From assembly GCA_043228905.1 (NCBI GenBank), contig JBHGNT010000013.1:14384001-14448000 (forward strand): a DNA stretch of 64,000 nt. Direction: 5' to 3'. The notes beneath the pieces were generated by a model. That model was not told the DNA's origin. It ran no database searches and was given only the letters and a program-made list of their open reading frames with translations. Shown one piece after another: positions 48,188 through 61,449 of the stretch. Every line of letters starts with the position of its first letter. Position 1 is the first letter of the stretch. Origin of the DNA: Azolla caroliniana. Lineage: Eukaryota; Plantae; Polypodiophyta. The translations under genes were made by a program, and so were the position numbers.

Positions 48188-49113
48188 ATGATGGATCCAA
48201 TGCAAAAAGTTCCGTACTTTCAGTATACTGTGAAATTTGGTAGAACCTTACTCATGTCTAAGAATATTCCAACTCCTGCGGCTCAAAAGCACTGGAATAA
48301 GTGGGGTGTATCAAGCAGTCATTTGAAGGCTTATTGGAAATGGATTTGGTCTTTTAGGGGACCAACAAAATACACTCTCTTCAAATGGCTTTTGCTACAT
48401 GTAGCACTACCGGTAGGTCAATCTTTGAAAGGAAACGTGGCACCCGTTCTTAGACAGTGTAGTTATTGTGGTGGCTTGCAAGAAACTACCAAGCATGCTC
48501 TCTAGTCATGTTCACTAGCTCAACATGTATGGAATAAAGTTCTTTCTTTATTCCTGACAATTAATGTAGGTTGCCTATTCTCCTGGGGATCAGCGATAGG
48601 GGGGGGTCTCCATTCCAGTCTATTATTGTATGAGGCAGATGATGCTCCAGAGGCTAAGACTATCATCAACAGGCATCTAATATCTGTCTCGCCTTTTCAG
48701 CAGCCTCGAAAGCAAATGCGTGTAGCCCAAGTATGGAAAACAGTATCCATGGTTACATTATGGACCTTATGGAAGTATCGATGTAAAAAACGATATGATT
48801 CCATAGTACCCCTTCTCTCAGATATATTGCTAGAATTATGGGACAACTTATTGGTGGTATTGCGTGGGCAGTATGACAATATGTCGGGCCCTTGGGAGGT
48901 TGTTCTTAAGAAACGGAAAAAATTATTGTAATTATGGAGGAAGTTGCCTCTATTCACGATCTCCTCTCAAGGACCAATCTAGAAATATCATCATCCCTAG
49001 CCCTTCCCCTGATTATCTTTTTTGTATATAATACTCTCTAAATTGTACAGTTTGTAGCATTATGGCGTTTTTTCTTAATACTAATGAAGGAAATCTTTTT
49101 GGAAAAAGAAAAA
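48188..49113 (+). mobile_element. 5'-truncated L1 LINE
   Basis: zf-RVT fragment (WKWIW..FKWLLLH.ALP..CSYC..ETTKHAL*SC) and an A-rich tail. 14-bp TSD AAACATAAAAGCCC at 48174-48187 and 49114-49127. Confidence 0.9.
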
Positions 49114-51599
49114 AAACATAAAAGCCCCGCCCCTCTTAACTTTCTTGCTAAATACAAGTTGTCTAATGTTGTTCGTGTTAGCATTATGTGTGCTTTAGCC
49201 GGCTAGTGAGAGATTATGAACCGGTTGGTTGCAGAATATCAACTAGGATCTTTTGTGTGAATCGAGCAAACAGATAACGAGTGAGAGTGTGATGGTGCAT
49301 TGTTCAATCTTTGATGAAGAGTATGCAGGGAGAGAGATAGAGAGGAGGAAAGAAGATGGCAGTTACACAGTTAGAGCTCAAGAGATAATCCCGTTACAAA
49401 TCCCACCAAAACTCATTTTACAAGACTCGGTTACATGCTTTTATAGTCAAGCCCTAACTTAGCTAGTGTGTTCACACTAGGAATACAAGTTTTGGACAGA
49501 GTAGGACTTTTAGTCCAACGGTTCGATGAGCTATCTTGGTATTAGACCATTGTATTTAGGCGATCTACATAAAGGGATTTGGTCCCGATCTTGCTAGAGA
49601 AACTCAAGTATAAGAACCTTGGTAGCAATTTATATTACACTTTTTGCAGTCATAAATCAACGAGCCTCAGCCCATTAGAGGACTACGGGGCATGATGTAG
49701 ATAGATAGATAGATAGACATTTTTTAGCTTCGATAGAGATGCCAATATTGACCCATAGGACCTAAGTACAAAAGATATTTTGATGTGTGTCTCCTTCCTA
49801 AGAAGAGATATTCATACTTTGAAGCACCAAGTCTCCGTATGCGAATAAGGCATACACATATGAGGTCAACCTTCTAGGTGTTCTCTTTAACATGATACTC
49901 AAGTCACCACCCCCTCATAATATATCATCATAGCTTTCACAAATTGCACTATATGTAGTTAGTAATAAGGGGAAATCGATATATTCTCTTGTATAGGGAT
50001 GCGTCTAAACCTTTACTTTCTATTGACATCTAATTTGATTGTGTCAATTTTTGACAATAACATATTGTATGGGGGGTCATGTATGATCCTCAGTGAGTAG
50101 CTCCACCCAGACAAAGATTTTGTCTAATCGAATTCTCCAAGCAATTTAGGGCCAACTTTAATCGCTCTTGGTTGACCATCATAGCCTTCGTAAACATGGT
50201 TGCTATGATGTCCATATTTACATATAAAACTAAGGGCATTGTCCTTTACCAAAGAAACATGTGAGGTGTATAACCCACCATGTTGTATTGTCCTAGTGGT
50301 TGTAACTTTTAAAAAATGACACAACAAATTTGTTTTGTTGTCATTCACGCGTTGGCAATATTTCCTTTATGAAACTAAAGGAGGGATGTAAAGTTACGAT
50401 CTACAAACGAAATATTCTTAAACAATCTACAAAAAAGAGAAAGGCCTATAAAAAGCAAAAGTTGAGCATGCAGTGTTAACAACGCATTTACTTTTGCTAC
50501 CTTTGGACTTAAATTGATTAAAGCCATTATTAAAAGCAATCAAGTAAAAAATGGTCAATAGATTGTGCATGATGCTTGAATCTCTCTTTTCATACGAGGT
50601 GACACAAGCATGATTTTGTCTTTAGCTTTGCATTTTTTGTATTTCTAGATGACATTAAATAGACCATCATTACCACATGGTTTACATGCCTAAGAAGTTG
50701 GCATATAATAGTGACTTCTTTTGTTTACATTCATGCATAGTTTTGGTTAGTGTCCATTGCTCTAGATTATCTAATCTTTCAACTTTTAATTGTCTAGACG
50801 TCTCGCTCTAAGGTTGGAAAAATCTCGTGCTCCTATGGCTTTCTCTTATCCCTAAGGGTGGTGTAGGTGCATGTTCTAATTGATTTACAACCCATAAGAG
50901 GGTTCTAAATGGGTGATGACAGTCCAACTTTCAACATCTCTACATCCATAATGTCTAATTTTGAGAGTCAATTATATTATTTGAGGTCCTTCATGTAGTT
51001 TAAGCTAAATTTCTCAGGTTGGCTTAGATGAAATTTTCAGTTTGGTTAGAAGTTTGATTACCTTTCCAATTCCCTCTTCATGACCCTTCTCTATGAGGGT
51101 CTCCTTGTGTTACATACATGAGATCTTGATCTTTGTATCCGAGTCTCTCCACTTAGTATTATGTCATAGATATGGCCTTAAGGACAAAATTTAAAGCTAA
51201 ATTTAATTGTTTAAGGCTAGGATAAGTGGGAAACTAGTTATCCATCTAAGACTTGGGACAATCCCATATTGGTCTAGCTACCCACTTCATTAAGCCATGT
51301 TGAGACATTGTCACGACATTATTAGTGAGGAAAATGCTCTCTTCTTCCATATCTATTCATCTCAAATTTTGAGGTATAACATAAGGCAATTTTTTTGTTT
51401 GGTATGAGACATTGATAGCATTTTATGTTCATCCTTCGTGTAGGGTCAATTAGTGTGGTTAAGCCCACTTAAACCATTATTATCTTAATCTAAAGATTCT
51501 CCTTGTATATCATTACTTAATCCAAAGATCCTCAGACCACAAGCCATTGTACTTAGAGCTTGCAATTCCACATTTCACCAATAGATGTCATGGGGTGAA

Positions 51600-54500
51600 A
51601 GACGAAAAGAGATGTATCATCCGACCTTGCTACGAAAAAGCTAAGATGTATGCAAATGAAGCGGAGAACCATTTGTTAAATTTTTCTCTAAGCAACATTT
51701 GAAGGATATCATCCTTAAGCCTAGGTTGGATATCAATACTTTAAGAGGCATGTGGGTGGGCATCAAATGTGTAGTTTTCCATGTAATTCTTGGTTCGACG
51801 ATGAATGTAAGATGTATCTCAAATGGTTTAAGTCTATAGAAGGGGAAAATGAAAAGATTGTTACATGGCACCTATATAAGAAAGTAGTGAGGAGAAAGAA
51901 AAAAAGATATTTCCAAATGCAAGAGATGAAAAAGAAAAACTTGTTTAAGCTCAATCCAAAATTAGAATGGTGACAACTCAAGGGTAAGAAAGAAGATGTG
52001 AAAGGTCACTTTACAAATGAAGAGATGTTAGACTATGTACAAAGGCTATATATGCATGAAGGTGTGGCTCCTATGGTTGAGAAAATTGAAACGCCATGCA
52101 CTACATGTATCGATATTGATGATGTCAATAAGGGAATAAAGAAGATGGTGAGTGGGAAAAGCAGCAGATGCAATCTACATCTCAAGTGAGCTTTTAAAAT
52201 GGACAGTGTCACATACTCGTCATTGGACAATGACAACTATAGAGCAAGCTATAAAACAAGGATTTCCAAATGATTGGCTTATGAATTGGATTAAACCTAT
52301 ATTTAAAGCCGGAGATAAGAATCAAGTATCAAATTATCGTACAATAATGGTGACCTCAAGTATTGCTAAATTATATAGCACTATTATGGAGCAAAAGATA
52401 AGCACATGGGCCGAAAGTACAAGCAAAACAACACTTGGGCAAGCAGGATTTAGACCAAAACACTCCATTGTGGATCATTTGGTCACATTGAGAGTAATCA
52501 TGGAAGAGAGTTGACTACAAGGAAAAACACTTTATTGTTGTTTTGTTGATTTCAAGAAAGCTTTTGATATCGTACCACTAAGTGAGCTTTGGAATAGAAT
52601 GGTAGAGATTGACATGTCATTAGAGTACCCAAAATGGATATATGAACAAGTTAAATGCCAACTAAAAATGGACAGTGGATTCTTAAAGCACTTTTTAAGT
52701 AACATGGGTGTCAAGCAAGGATGTCCACTATAACCCATATTCTTTGGCTTATGTATTGATAAATTAGAAAAAGTGGTGAACAAGGTTGCAAGAGAAGAAG
52801 GATTGAATGCCCCCAAATTGATGCAACATGTTATCTTATTGCTTCTATATGCAGATGATGTGGTAGAGATTGGCATGTCATTAGAGTACCCAAAATGGAT
52901 ATATGAACAAGTGAAATGCCAACTAAAAATGGATAGCGTAACATGGGTGTCAAGCAAGGATGTCCACTATAACACACATTCTTTGGCTTATGTATTGATA
53001 AATTAGAAAAAGTGGTGAACAAGGTTGCAAGAGAAGAAGGATTGAATGCCCCCAAATTGATGCAACATGTTATCTTATTGCTTCTATATGCATATGATGT
53101 GGTACTCTTCTCAAATGATGATGATAGTATGCAACGTTTACTTGGGGTATTAGAAGAATTTTGCCATAGTAGTGGACTAGGAGTGAATGTGGAGAAAACA
53201 AAAATGATGGTAGTGCAAACCATCCAACTGTTATGAAAAACGGGATCTCGGCCTCAACCGAGTCAAATGCAGAATGGGGACAAGCAAATACATAGAGCAA
53301 CAGAAATGAAAAGTACACAAGATGTTTACATGGAAAACCCCTAACCAGGTAAAACCACGGGTGCCCACAGACACTGAACAAATCACTATGAGAGAAAAAT
53401 ATACAATGAGACGAACACACAGGCACCAACCCGAGTTCATCTTCCTCGCCAACATGTAGTTACACTAGAGATACTCTCGCTATGTCTGCTCAGTTGTAGA
53501 GGCAACAACCTCGCATGCCTTGTACACAATTACAGAGTCACACACACAAGACAATGAACTAGACTACACAACTCCTTGAAAAACAGTTTTTCCCTAGTTA
53601 TCTTTATACTTAGATAACTTTTAGGCTATTTACATAACTAGCCTAAGTAGGCTCGACACAAAAGCTATTTACATATTTGACCTTTCTAGATACTTATCCG
53701 GACTCCATCCAGTTCTCAGGTTGGTGCCATCCGATCCGGTTCACACTTCTCCAACTCCCGATTGCGTGTAGCAATCTCCTCTATTCGGGCTTCGGCCCAT
53801 CCGGAGGGACCTAATTCTAAACATATACAATTTTTTTGAAGCTTTAAATATATTGGTATTGATGTATCCGCCACAAATAAATGGAGTGCATGCTTTGATT
53901 CTAGGCTCCAAGCCGGTTGGAATTTGTGTTACCTTTTGGAGAACCAATGCAACCAAAGTGATACTTGTGGATGGGAAGTAAAACTAATGTAATTTAATGC
54001 CATGATAACTCAAGTATTGCTTTATGGAGTAGAAGTATGGGGTGACACCATCTCTCTTAATGCATGGAATGAAATTGAGAAAATTCAAAAGATGTTTTTA
54101 AGGAGGCAATTAGGATTTAAATGCACTACCTCTTATCAGGTTATGCTTTTGGAAACAGGTGTTCGACCCATAGAAATTTTGGCACTCCAAAGAGTATATA
54201 AATACATTACAAAAGTCAAGAATATGTCGAATCATCGATTACCACATCTTGCTCGGAATGTTGGATGTAAGCTACAAAAGAATCATAAGAGTAATATTCT
54301 CTCATCCGGTTGGGTTGTTGACATAAGGAAATGGTTTAGAAGATGGGGTGTGGATGATCTTTTAGAGCTTTCGAGCGATGCTATGCATTATGTAATGGTT
54401 GAGGAAAGGTTGGTGGAATCATTAAGGATGAAATGAGAAGATGTTAAGAGGACAAAGCTAGAATACTACATTAAAATGTCAACCTTGAATGTTGGTCTCA

Positions 54501-54926
54501 ATATAAAGCAAGAATGCATATTGATCGTATCCAACCTTATCTCATTACCAATATGAGTAGTAATGCTCGTCGAGCCCTTACACTACTTCGCACTCGACGT
54601 CACAAGTTAGGTATTGAAGTTGCAATGAAGGCATGGTAGAGGATGAATGTCATTTGCTCTTCACATGCTCGACATATAGTGCAATTCGTTCAAGATATGT
54701 TGACATACTAAGAGGGAGTGATAACTTAAGTGCTATACTTAAGACACCACCTAGAAGGTTGAGCTCATATGTGTATGCTTTATTCACACATAGAAACTTT
54801 GTGCTTCAATGTATGAATACCCCTTCTTAGGAAGGAGACACATATCAAGAACACATGTATACTCTGGTCCCATAGGTCAAAACTGGTCTCTTTATGGACG
54901 ATAAAAATTCTAATTCTAATTCTAAT
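51600..54926 (+). mobile_element. Decayed RTE-like LINE with (AATTCT)n tail
   Basis: Fragments WFDDEC, WIKPIFKAGD..NYRTI, QAGFR, FVDFKKAFD, KQGCPL, LLYADD, LLYGVEVW and VEDECHLLFTC. ~240-bp internal tandem duplication at ~52600-53100. Tail AATTCTAATTCTAATTCT at ~54906. Same family type as 8880-11900. Confidence 0.88.
53229..53823 (-). mobile_element. Solo LTR related to family 'C', inserted in the RTE LINE
   Basis: TGTTA...TAAACA termini. Shares GTTTACATGGAAAACC, GCCCACAGAC and CCCATCCGGAGGGAC with the reverse complement of 4955-5627. Flanks CCAAC and TATAC do not match. Confidence 0.8.
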
Positions 54927-55094
54927 ACTATCTTGATTTAAATGATCATATTATTATTTTGATTTTAGGTTATACGACCTGAATGCTTTAGATTAAGAAT
55001 GAGCACACCATTCATATAAAATAATACTTACTAACTTTGGTTGGAACAATGTAATTGTATCATATTTCTTGAAAGTGAGTACCTCCATTGATCA

Positions 55095-55631
55095 TCCCCT
55101 CCTCCCCAACCTCTCCAACTACGTTATTGACATTGTCGTTGAATCCTCTCTGATGTGCAATAGGTCTATCGCCCAAGCTTTGTGTTGCATCCATCTTCAA
55201 CAAGTAGTTAGAAGAATATTGTTTGAGAATCAGCCATGCTGACCCCAATGCGTAGTATGAATCGAACGGCTCACAATAAAAGACCTACAAGTTTGCAAGG
55301 ACTATTGATTGATATGGTTCAGTCAGTGGCCGTAACGAACGCAGGAGAGCCAATGATTAGGCCATGAGCCAATTTCCCAACCACGATGACCTGCTCAAAT
55401 ATTAGTATCCTTAGATTTTGACGATCCAAACACCAAATTCACTACATTACCTCAATCAACCTTCTCTACCAACAATGTACTTAAACCAACGTGAATTAGG
55501 TCACTACAAGGAGTGAATCCTGCTTGGACAAGAATTAAGGCGAATTATAAATAAATCACTAGGTGATTACTCATTAAGATGATCATTGTCGGCAACCTTG
55601 GTCTTGAGAATAATGTATAGGAATGGTTTGG
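55095..55631 (-). pseudogene. Decayed third GT37 fucosyltransferase fragment (5' half)
   Basis: Remnants align to FUT: PKP..TKVA, SPS..NSC.SR, LGNW, EPFDSYY, AWLI..YSS..KMDATQSLGDR, VVGEV.EE. Many stops and indels. Confidence 0.82.
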
Positions 55632-56846
55632 GCTCTCATGGTATTAGTTCGTATGTCTTCCTTAGGAAACATGAGATGTCCATTCCACCTAGTACGATGA
55701 TTGGGGTGGTGCCCCATAAGTTCTTTGTTAGCGCACCAAGGTTTAGGGTTTAACGAGCACCACTTAATGCTCCTCTTCTACATGCAATATCACTTTTTTT
55801 AGAGTCACTAACTCATCCCCATTCAGAAGTCACAAACATTATTGAATGATTATTACAATTTGATGATGGATCAATATATACAAATTTGTGATAAGGCTAT
55901 TATAATAAAATATAAGGTAATAACATTTCACACCCCTCCATTAGCACCTATTAGCCAATACACAACTGACCTCACCGAGTCACCTCCACCACCAGGTCAC
56001 ACAAAAAAAAATTCACTTATCTAATGACAGAAAATGTGTGTTGGTAGATATGCCACAATTATAACATGGTACATGAATGCCCACATTTACATGACAATGT
56101 TTGCAATAATGTAAATGGAGTAGATCTTTTGCAAAATCTTTTCAAAATTGACTGTATTATTTTCTTATCTTTTAAAATGTCAAAAGTATAAAATGTCACA
56201 AAAATCCATACGTAAGTGTGAAATGTAGAACACCGAGGTATTAAACCAAGGAAGATGGATTTTGTGGTGTTGATGGAAGTTTGCTTTATTGTATTGAGTA
56301 TGTTTGCATGTGGTTGTGGCCCTCATGTTTTTGCATTTTTGTTTTTCACAACACACAAGTAATTAAGCATTCCTAGTGTGCGATAACGTGTTACACATGT
56401 GGACCTATATATATGGAATTTGTATATTTGTAATATATTTGAGTTTTTTGGTATGTGCAATTTACATATATGCAATGACTGTGTAATTTGATATATGTAT
56501 GTATGTGTATGAAAGAGTGAATATGAACGTGTGTATGAATATCTCATTTCTAACACTGTTATGGTTTAGGGATTGTAAAAGTAGGACACTTGAGAGAGAG
56601 CGTGCATATCATGACATTGTAATGGGGTATATAACAATAATAACTATAAACGTGTATTCCCTCCCAAGTGTGGAACATACATATTTGCAATTTACTATAG
56701 TAAGGAACAACTATAAAGGTGAACTTCTAAACTTTTCGTAAGGGTGCTTCCTCGTTTGATATATGTGCCTCCCTAGAACCTCCGCCTTTCTCTCTTTCCC
56801 CTTACTCAAATCCCTAATTGTAAGTTAAATGCCGAGTATTTCAATC

Positions 56847-58380
56847 TATAAAGAATCGAGTGTGATTCTATGCAACGGAATAGATTAGAGATGTATGTTA
56901 TGTGTGTGTCAAAGCGGAGAGAGGAGAGACACAAGATAGACAGGAAAATAGAATACTCAAGATGTATATCGACAAGGAGTAGAGAATAACAAGTACAAAG
57001 ATAATAACATTACATGGAAGATTAACCGACACTTACAAAGTAGGAGAGTGCTTTATAAGGTCACCCTCTCACTAAACCATTCACTCACTTTCTAGCAACT
57101 ATAGAAGCTCATGTGTCATGGGGAATGTGGAAACTCATTAATTATGTATCATAAAATATGATTCTATGACACATAATTAATGTTAGAAAGTAGTGGTCAC
57201 CTTTGACCTCTGAATGTTCATACATTCTCAAGAAATGTGTGTTCACACACTAGACTTAGGTTCAGTTTGATTCCCAACACGCACCTTCAAGCTCAACCAT
57301 GTCATTAATGAGTCAACTCTCAAGTCAGCTATCACTCCCCCTCAAGCACAACAAGTCGTAGGTCAAAAGGCCAAGTTTGGTCGAAAATTGTTGAAGCTTG
57401 TCAGTCCCCAAAGCTTTTGTGAAGATGTCGGTCGTTTGAAGATTGACACTGATATGTTGAAGGTTGAGATCCCCTACAATGTCATGTTCCTGGATGAAGT
57501 GGTAGTGCACCTCGATGTGCTTTCTCCGAGCATGGAATACCGAGTTTCGAGCCAAGTGGATGCTACTAAGATTGTCGCAGTAGATCAGGACTAGCTCATT
57601 GATGTAGATGCCAAGGTCTTTAAGAATTCTCTTAAGCCATATGACTTCACATTCAGCCACAACCACGCCCTTGTATTCGGCCTTTGTGCTCGAAAGTGCA
57701 ACGATCGGCTGCTTTTTACTGTTCCACGATATTGCTCCGCTGCCGAGGGAGAAAATAAATTCAGAGGTTGACCGTCTATCAACCCAGTCGGCATCTCTAT
57801 ACCCTTCGAGTCGAATTGGTGTGGTCAATTTCTAGAGGATGACATAAGACATTGTCCCACTTACATACTTGAGTACTTGCTTAACACAGTCTATATGGGT
57901 GTTGCAAGGTGTTTGCATGAACTAGCTAAGGAGACTGACCGAATAACTGAGCTTGGGTCGAGTAATGGTGAGGTAGATCATGCTTCCGACTAGTTGTCGA
58001 TAGTGAGTCGGCCCACACTCTTCTTTGCCAGAGTCGGCATCTAGCTTCAGGTTTCGATTGAGAGGGGTTACCACAGATTTGCGCTCAGCCATCCCGAACT
58101 TGTATACAAGTTGAGGATGTAGTGTCATTAGGAGATCATAATGTCGGCTAGGGTTCGAATTACTTCTATACTGAGGAAATAATGGAGCTCTTTCATGTCC
58201 GCCATCTCGAATTTGCCTAAGAGGAGGGACTTGACTTTGTTGATGTCGATTAGATCCTCACCTCCAATGACCAGATCATCCACATATAAGACGATGAAAA
58301 TCCTACTTTCGGAATTGCTTCTTACATAGTGAGAGTTGTCAGATTTTGATATTCTAAAGACGATTCAATGAAGATATTGT
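56847..58380 (-). mobile_element. Truncated copia relic related to family 'A' (3' LTR 56847-57279 plus RT/RNase H)
   Basis: LTR similar to 2121-2516 (TATAAAGAATC..TTCCCAACA), followed by a PPT-like tract. RNase H at 57325-57828 and RT fragments to ~58380. Confidence 0.9.
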
Positions 58381-58399
58381 GTTAACAAACCCGAAGCGC

Positions 58400-58938
58400 T
58401 TGGGACTAAGCAGTCGCAATTCTTTGGGAAACACAAGACACCCAACAAATTCATGGATTGTGATTGTAATCGACAAAATCCTTTTTGCGTGTTCTGAAAA
58501 AAGAAGGGTCAACAAAAGAGCAATGTCAAAAGCTCCAACGGAAAGAGCACGACAACAAAACCAAACTTGCAGACCATAAAGGTCAAATTCCTTATGTCCT
58601 TGAGGTCTATACACATCATTTAAGTGATTGTAAATGTTCTTTTGCTGACCATGTATTGGAACCCAATTATTTACTATGTGCAAACGGGTATATCAATGGA
58701 TCTCCCGTACAATTTTTATTTCATTTGGGAAGCTCACACAACTTTGCGAATGATCGTTTGGTTTAGATATGGGGAATCCAACCCACTGTAAATGATCACA
58801 CCTATAAGGTGCACTTGGCTAATGGAAGAGTACAATACATCAACGGGGCGATTCATTCATTAGGAATTTCTATTGATACTTATATAGAAGAAGTAGACTT
58901 CCATGTAATGGATCTTTGTACCAATGATGTATTCCTAA
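58400..58938 (+). pseudogene. Gypsy gag/protease remnant
   Basis: GYINGSPVQFLFHLGSSHNF..VHLANG..DFHVMDL..DVFL resembles a retropepsin with a mutated catalytic Asp. Confidence 0.65.
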
Positions 58939-61340
58939 TGTAAGCATATGATAAGGAATTAATGGATAGATAGATAGAAAGGAAAGAGAGAGAGAGAAAG
59001 AAAGAAGGGTGCCAATCCACCCCCAAGCAAAGGGATCGAGACGGGCTCGAGCCTCAATCGACATCCTATACCATCGTCGTGGTGTCGAGTCGTACCTGGT
59101 ACTGGTGCGTTGGCTACAAGAGTTCGATCACCACGAGTTTAGAGTCTCGACGTAGTCAAGAGATGTAAAATGAGGGTAGCTACACCCCATATTTATAGCT
59201 AGACCTAAGGCCCCCAGGCAAGTTCACACTTGGCCTTAATGGGTTTTCTCAATCCCAAGGATTAAAAGTAATCTTTCCCTTCCTTACACTCTCGTTTAAC
59301 CCTCACACTTTATCCACGTGTATAAAATACTACGACACAATCTTACCATGGGATATTATATGGTCACGCCCGTAACATACTCCCCCTCTTTAAAACATTG
59401 CACTCTTGCAATGAAAAGTTAGGGAGATTAGTTGTAAGAGTATTTTCTCATTCCTATGTAGCATCCTGTATAGACTTATCCATCCATTTAATTTTAAATT
59501 CTCGAATTATTTTAGAACACAAATTTTTCGTTTTAACATCAAGAATTCTTTCTAGTACATGTGATTTAGAAGATAATTCTTCAAAAGTAACCAGAGTTTC
59601 AATTGTAACTGTATTGTCACCAAAACCAAGAAATTCTTTTAGATGACTTACATGAAAAACTGGATGGATTTCAAAGCCATCATGAAGAACGAGACGATAG
59701 GCTAATGAACCAATGTATTTGAGGATTGTAAAAGGTCCACAAAACCATGGGGCTAACTTAGCACAGTTACCAGTAGACAATGTCTTAGAATTGTGAGGTA
59801 CACGTAAAAACACCTTCTGTCCAGGGTTGAATACATGAGGTTGCCTATTAAGATTGGCATAAAAACGTGCTCTATCTTGAGCAGTTTTTATATTATCTCA
59901 TGCAATATGCAACATATCTTGCATACCCCAAAGAAAGTTTTGCATACTTCGCAACTCATCATGATGTATATTAACATCAATCGGGGCTCATGCCTGAAAA
60001 CTATACATCAACATAAAAGGACTACATCCCACCAACGTATGCTTAGAGTTGTAATAAGAAAATTCCAAAATTGGGAGATAATGTTCCCACTTTGTTGGCT
60101 TTGCACCAACATATGCTCGGAGCATGTCCTCAATAATTTGATTTCCTAGTTCTGTCTTTCCATCAGATTGAGCATGATCCGTGGAGCTCATGCTCAATGT
60201 AGTTTCTAACTTCTTAAAGACTTGCATCCAAAAGTCGCGAGTAAACTTTGGATCTCAATCACTCACGATATCCATAGGTAACCCATAAAAATGAAATAAC
60301 TCGTCAATGAATTGGTAAGCCAATTTAGGAGTTGTTACCGTGGATTTTGTGGCCATGAACCTGGCCATTTTAGTTAATCGATCAACCACAACCCATATGG
60401 TATCATGGCCTTTTTGGGTGCGAGGAAGGCTAACAATAAAATCCACTTATAATTGGGAATGTCCAAGGGATGTAAAATTCTAGTAGCTTTAAGTCGCTCG
60501 GATTTGTTAACTTGACATTGGTGATATTTGGCCACATAGCTATGTATGTCAAGATGCATCTTAGGCCAATAGAATTCAGTGGAGATGAGAATGTTGAGAA
60601 TCGACTGGCCACAACTGGTTAACACTTGCACGTATGCGGGTGCAAAGATCGAGAATGATATTGCATAGAAAAACAGAAACACAAAGGTACAAAGACACAA
60701 GTATTTAACGTGGAAAACCAGAAATGGGAAAAATCACAGCAGCCCACAGACTCCGAACCAAATCACTCTAAGTAAGAGGATTACAATAAGAACATGCAAG
60801 GCTCTGACCTTGAGTTCTTATTCATCTAAACATACGGCTATGGAGTAGTTACTCACTCTCACTCTCTTAGTTACATAGGCAACAACCAATAGTAACTATA
60901 CAACAATAATGATCATATCTATAATGATTGCCCTAGGTGTATTTATACTAATACAACATTCAGGGCTATTTATAAATATAGCCCACAAGGGTACATTAAA
61001 CCCATTTACAGATATAGCCCCGAGTCGGCTTCGCCCGATTCGGATACGATTTTCGTCCACGACCGAATCGAACAATCAATTTGATTTTTTGGCCTTGGCC
61101 TATCGACCTCAGTCAAGTTGCTGTCAACAGATTCGGTTCTCCCTTTTCTTCGACTCGTGCTTCTCTTCCCATCCGGAGGGACTTGTTTCCCAACAGAGAA
61201 CGAGCGTACGACGTATTCTAGGGTGCCCTACTTAGGGTGCATCATGGCATTCAAAAGAGAATTCTCTTTTTGACCTAAGGAAAATCTAGAACACAAACCT
61301 TCCCATTACGGTAGAGTAGAACGATCACTAATGTTTCTTT
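58939..61340 (-). mobile_element. Decayed gypsy chromovirus (3' LTR 58939-59377, integrase-chromodomain)
   Basis: LTR TGTAAG..CGTAACA next to a PPT (GAGGGGGAGTA on minus). Fragments MDFIVSLP..VVDRLTK, VSD, QSDGKTE, GPF..HPVFHVS and FKIKW. Confidence 0.85.
60592..61195 (-). mobile_element. Solo LTR (family 'C') in the gypsy integrase
   Basis: TGTTG...CCCAACA termini, the end being the near reverse complement of 4955-4985. 5-bp TSD GAGAA at 60587-60591 and 61196-61200. Confidence 0.93.
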
Positions 61341-61449
61341 TGTTGGGCATGAACATATAATATCCCGTGGTAAGATTGTATGGTCATGCCCGTAACAATG
61401 TTCCTTCAAATGGTATGTGGATTTGGTCTCGTTGTATTATGTCAATCTT

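Noticed and set aside
49167-49640. Possible additional solo LTR
   Set aside because: LTR-like composition, but I could not fix both termini or a TSD.
49700-51600. Faint retroelement-like remnants (also 43540-45400 and 1000-1640)
   Set aside because: Too decayed to assign a family or boundaries by eye.
55738-55752. GGTTTAGGGTTT telomere-like motif (also AAACCCTAAAA near 45354)
   Set aside because: Fewer than two full units and no supporting junction structure; could be a telo-box or chance.
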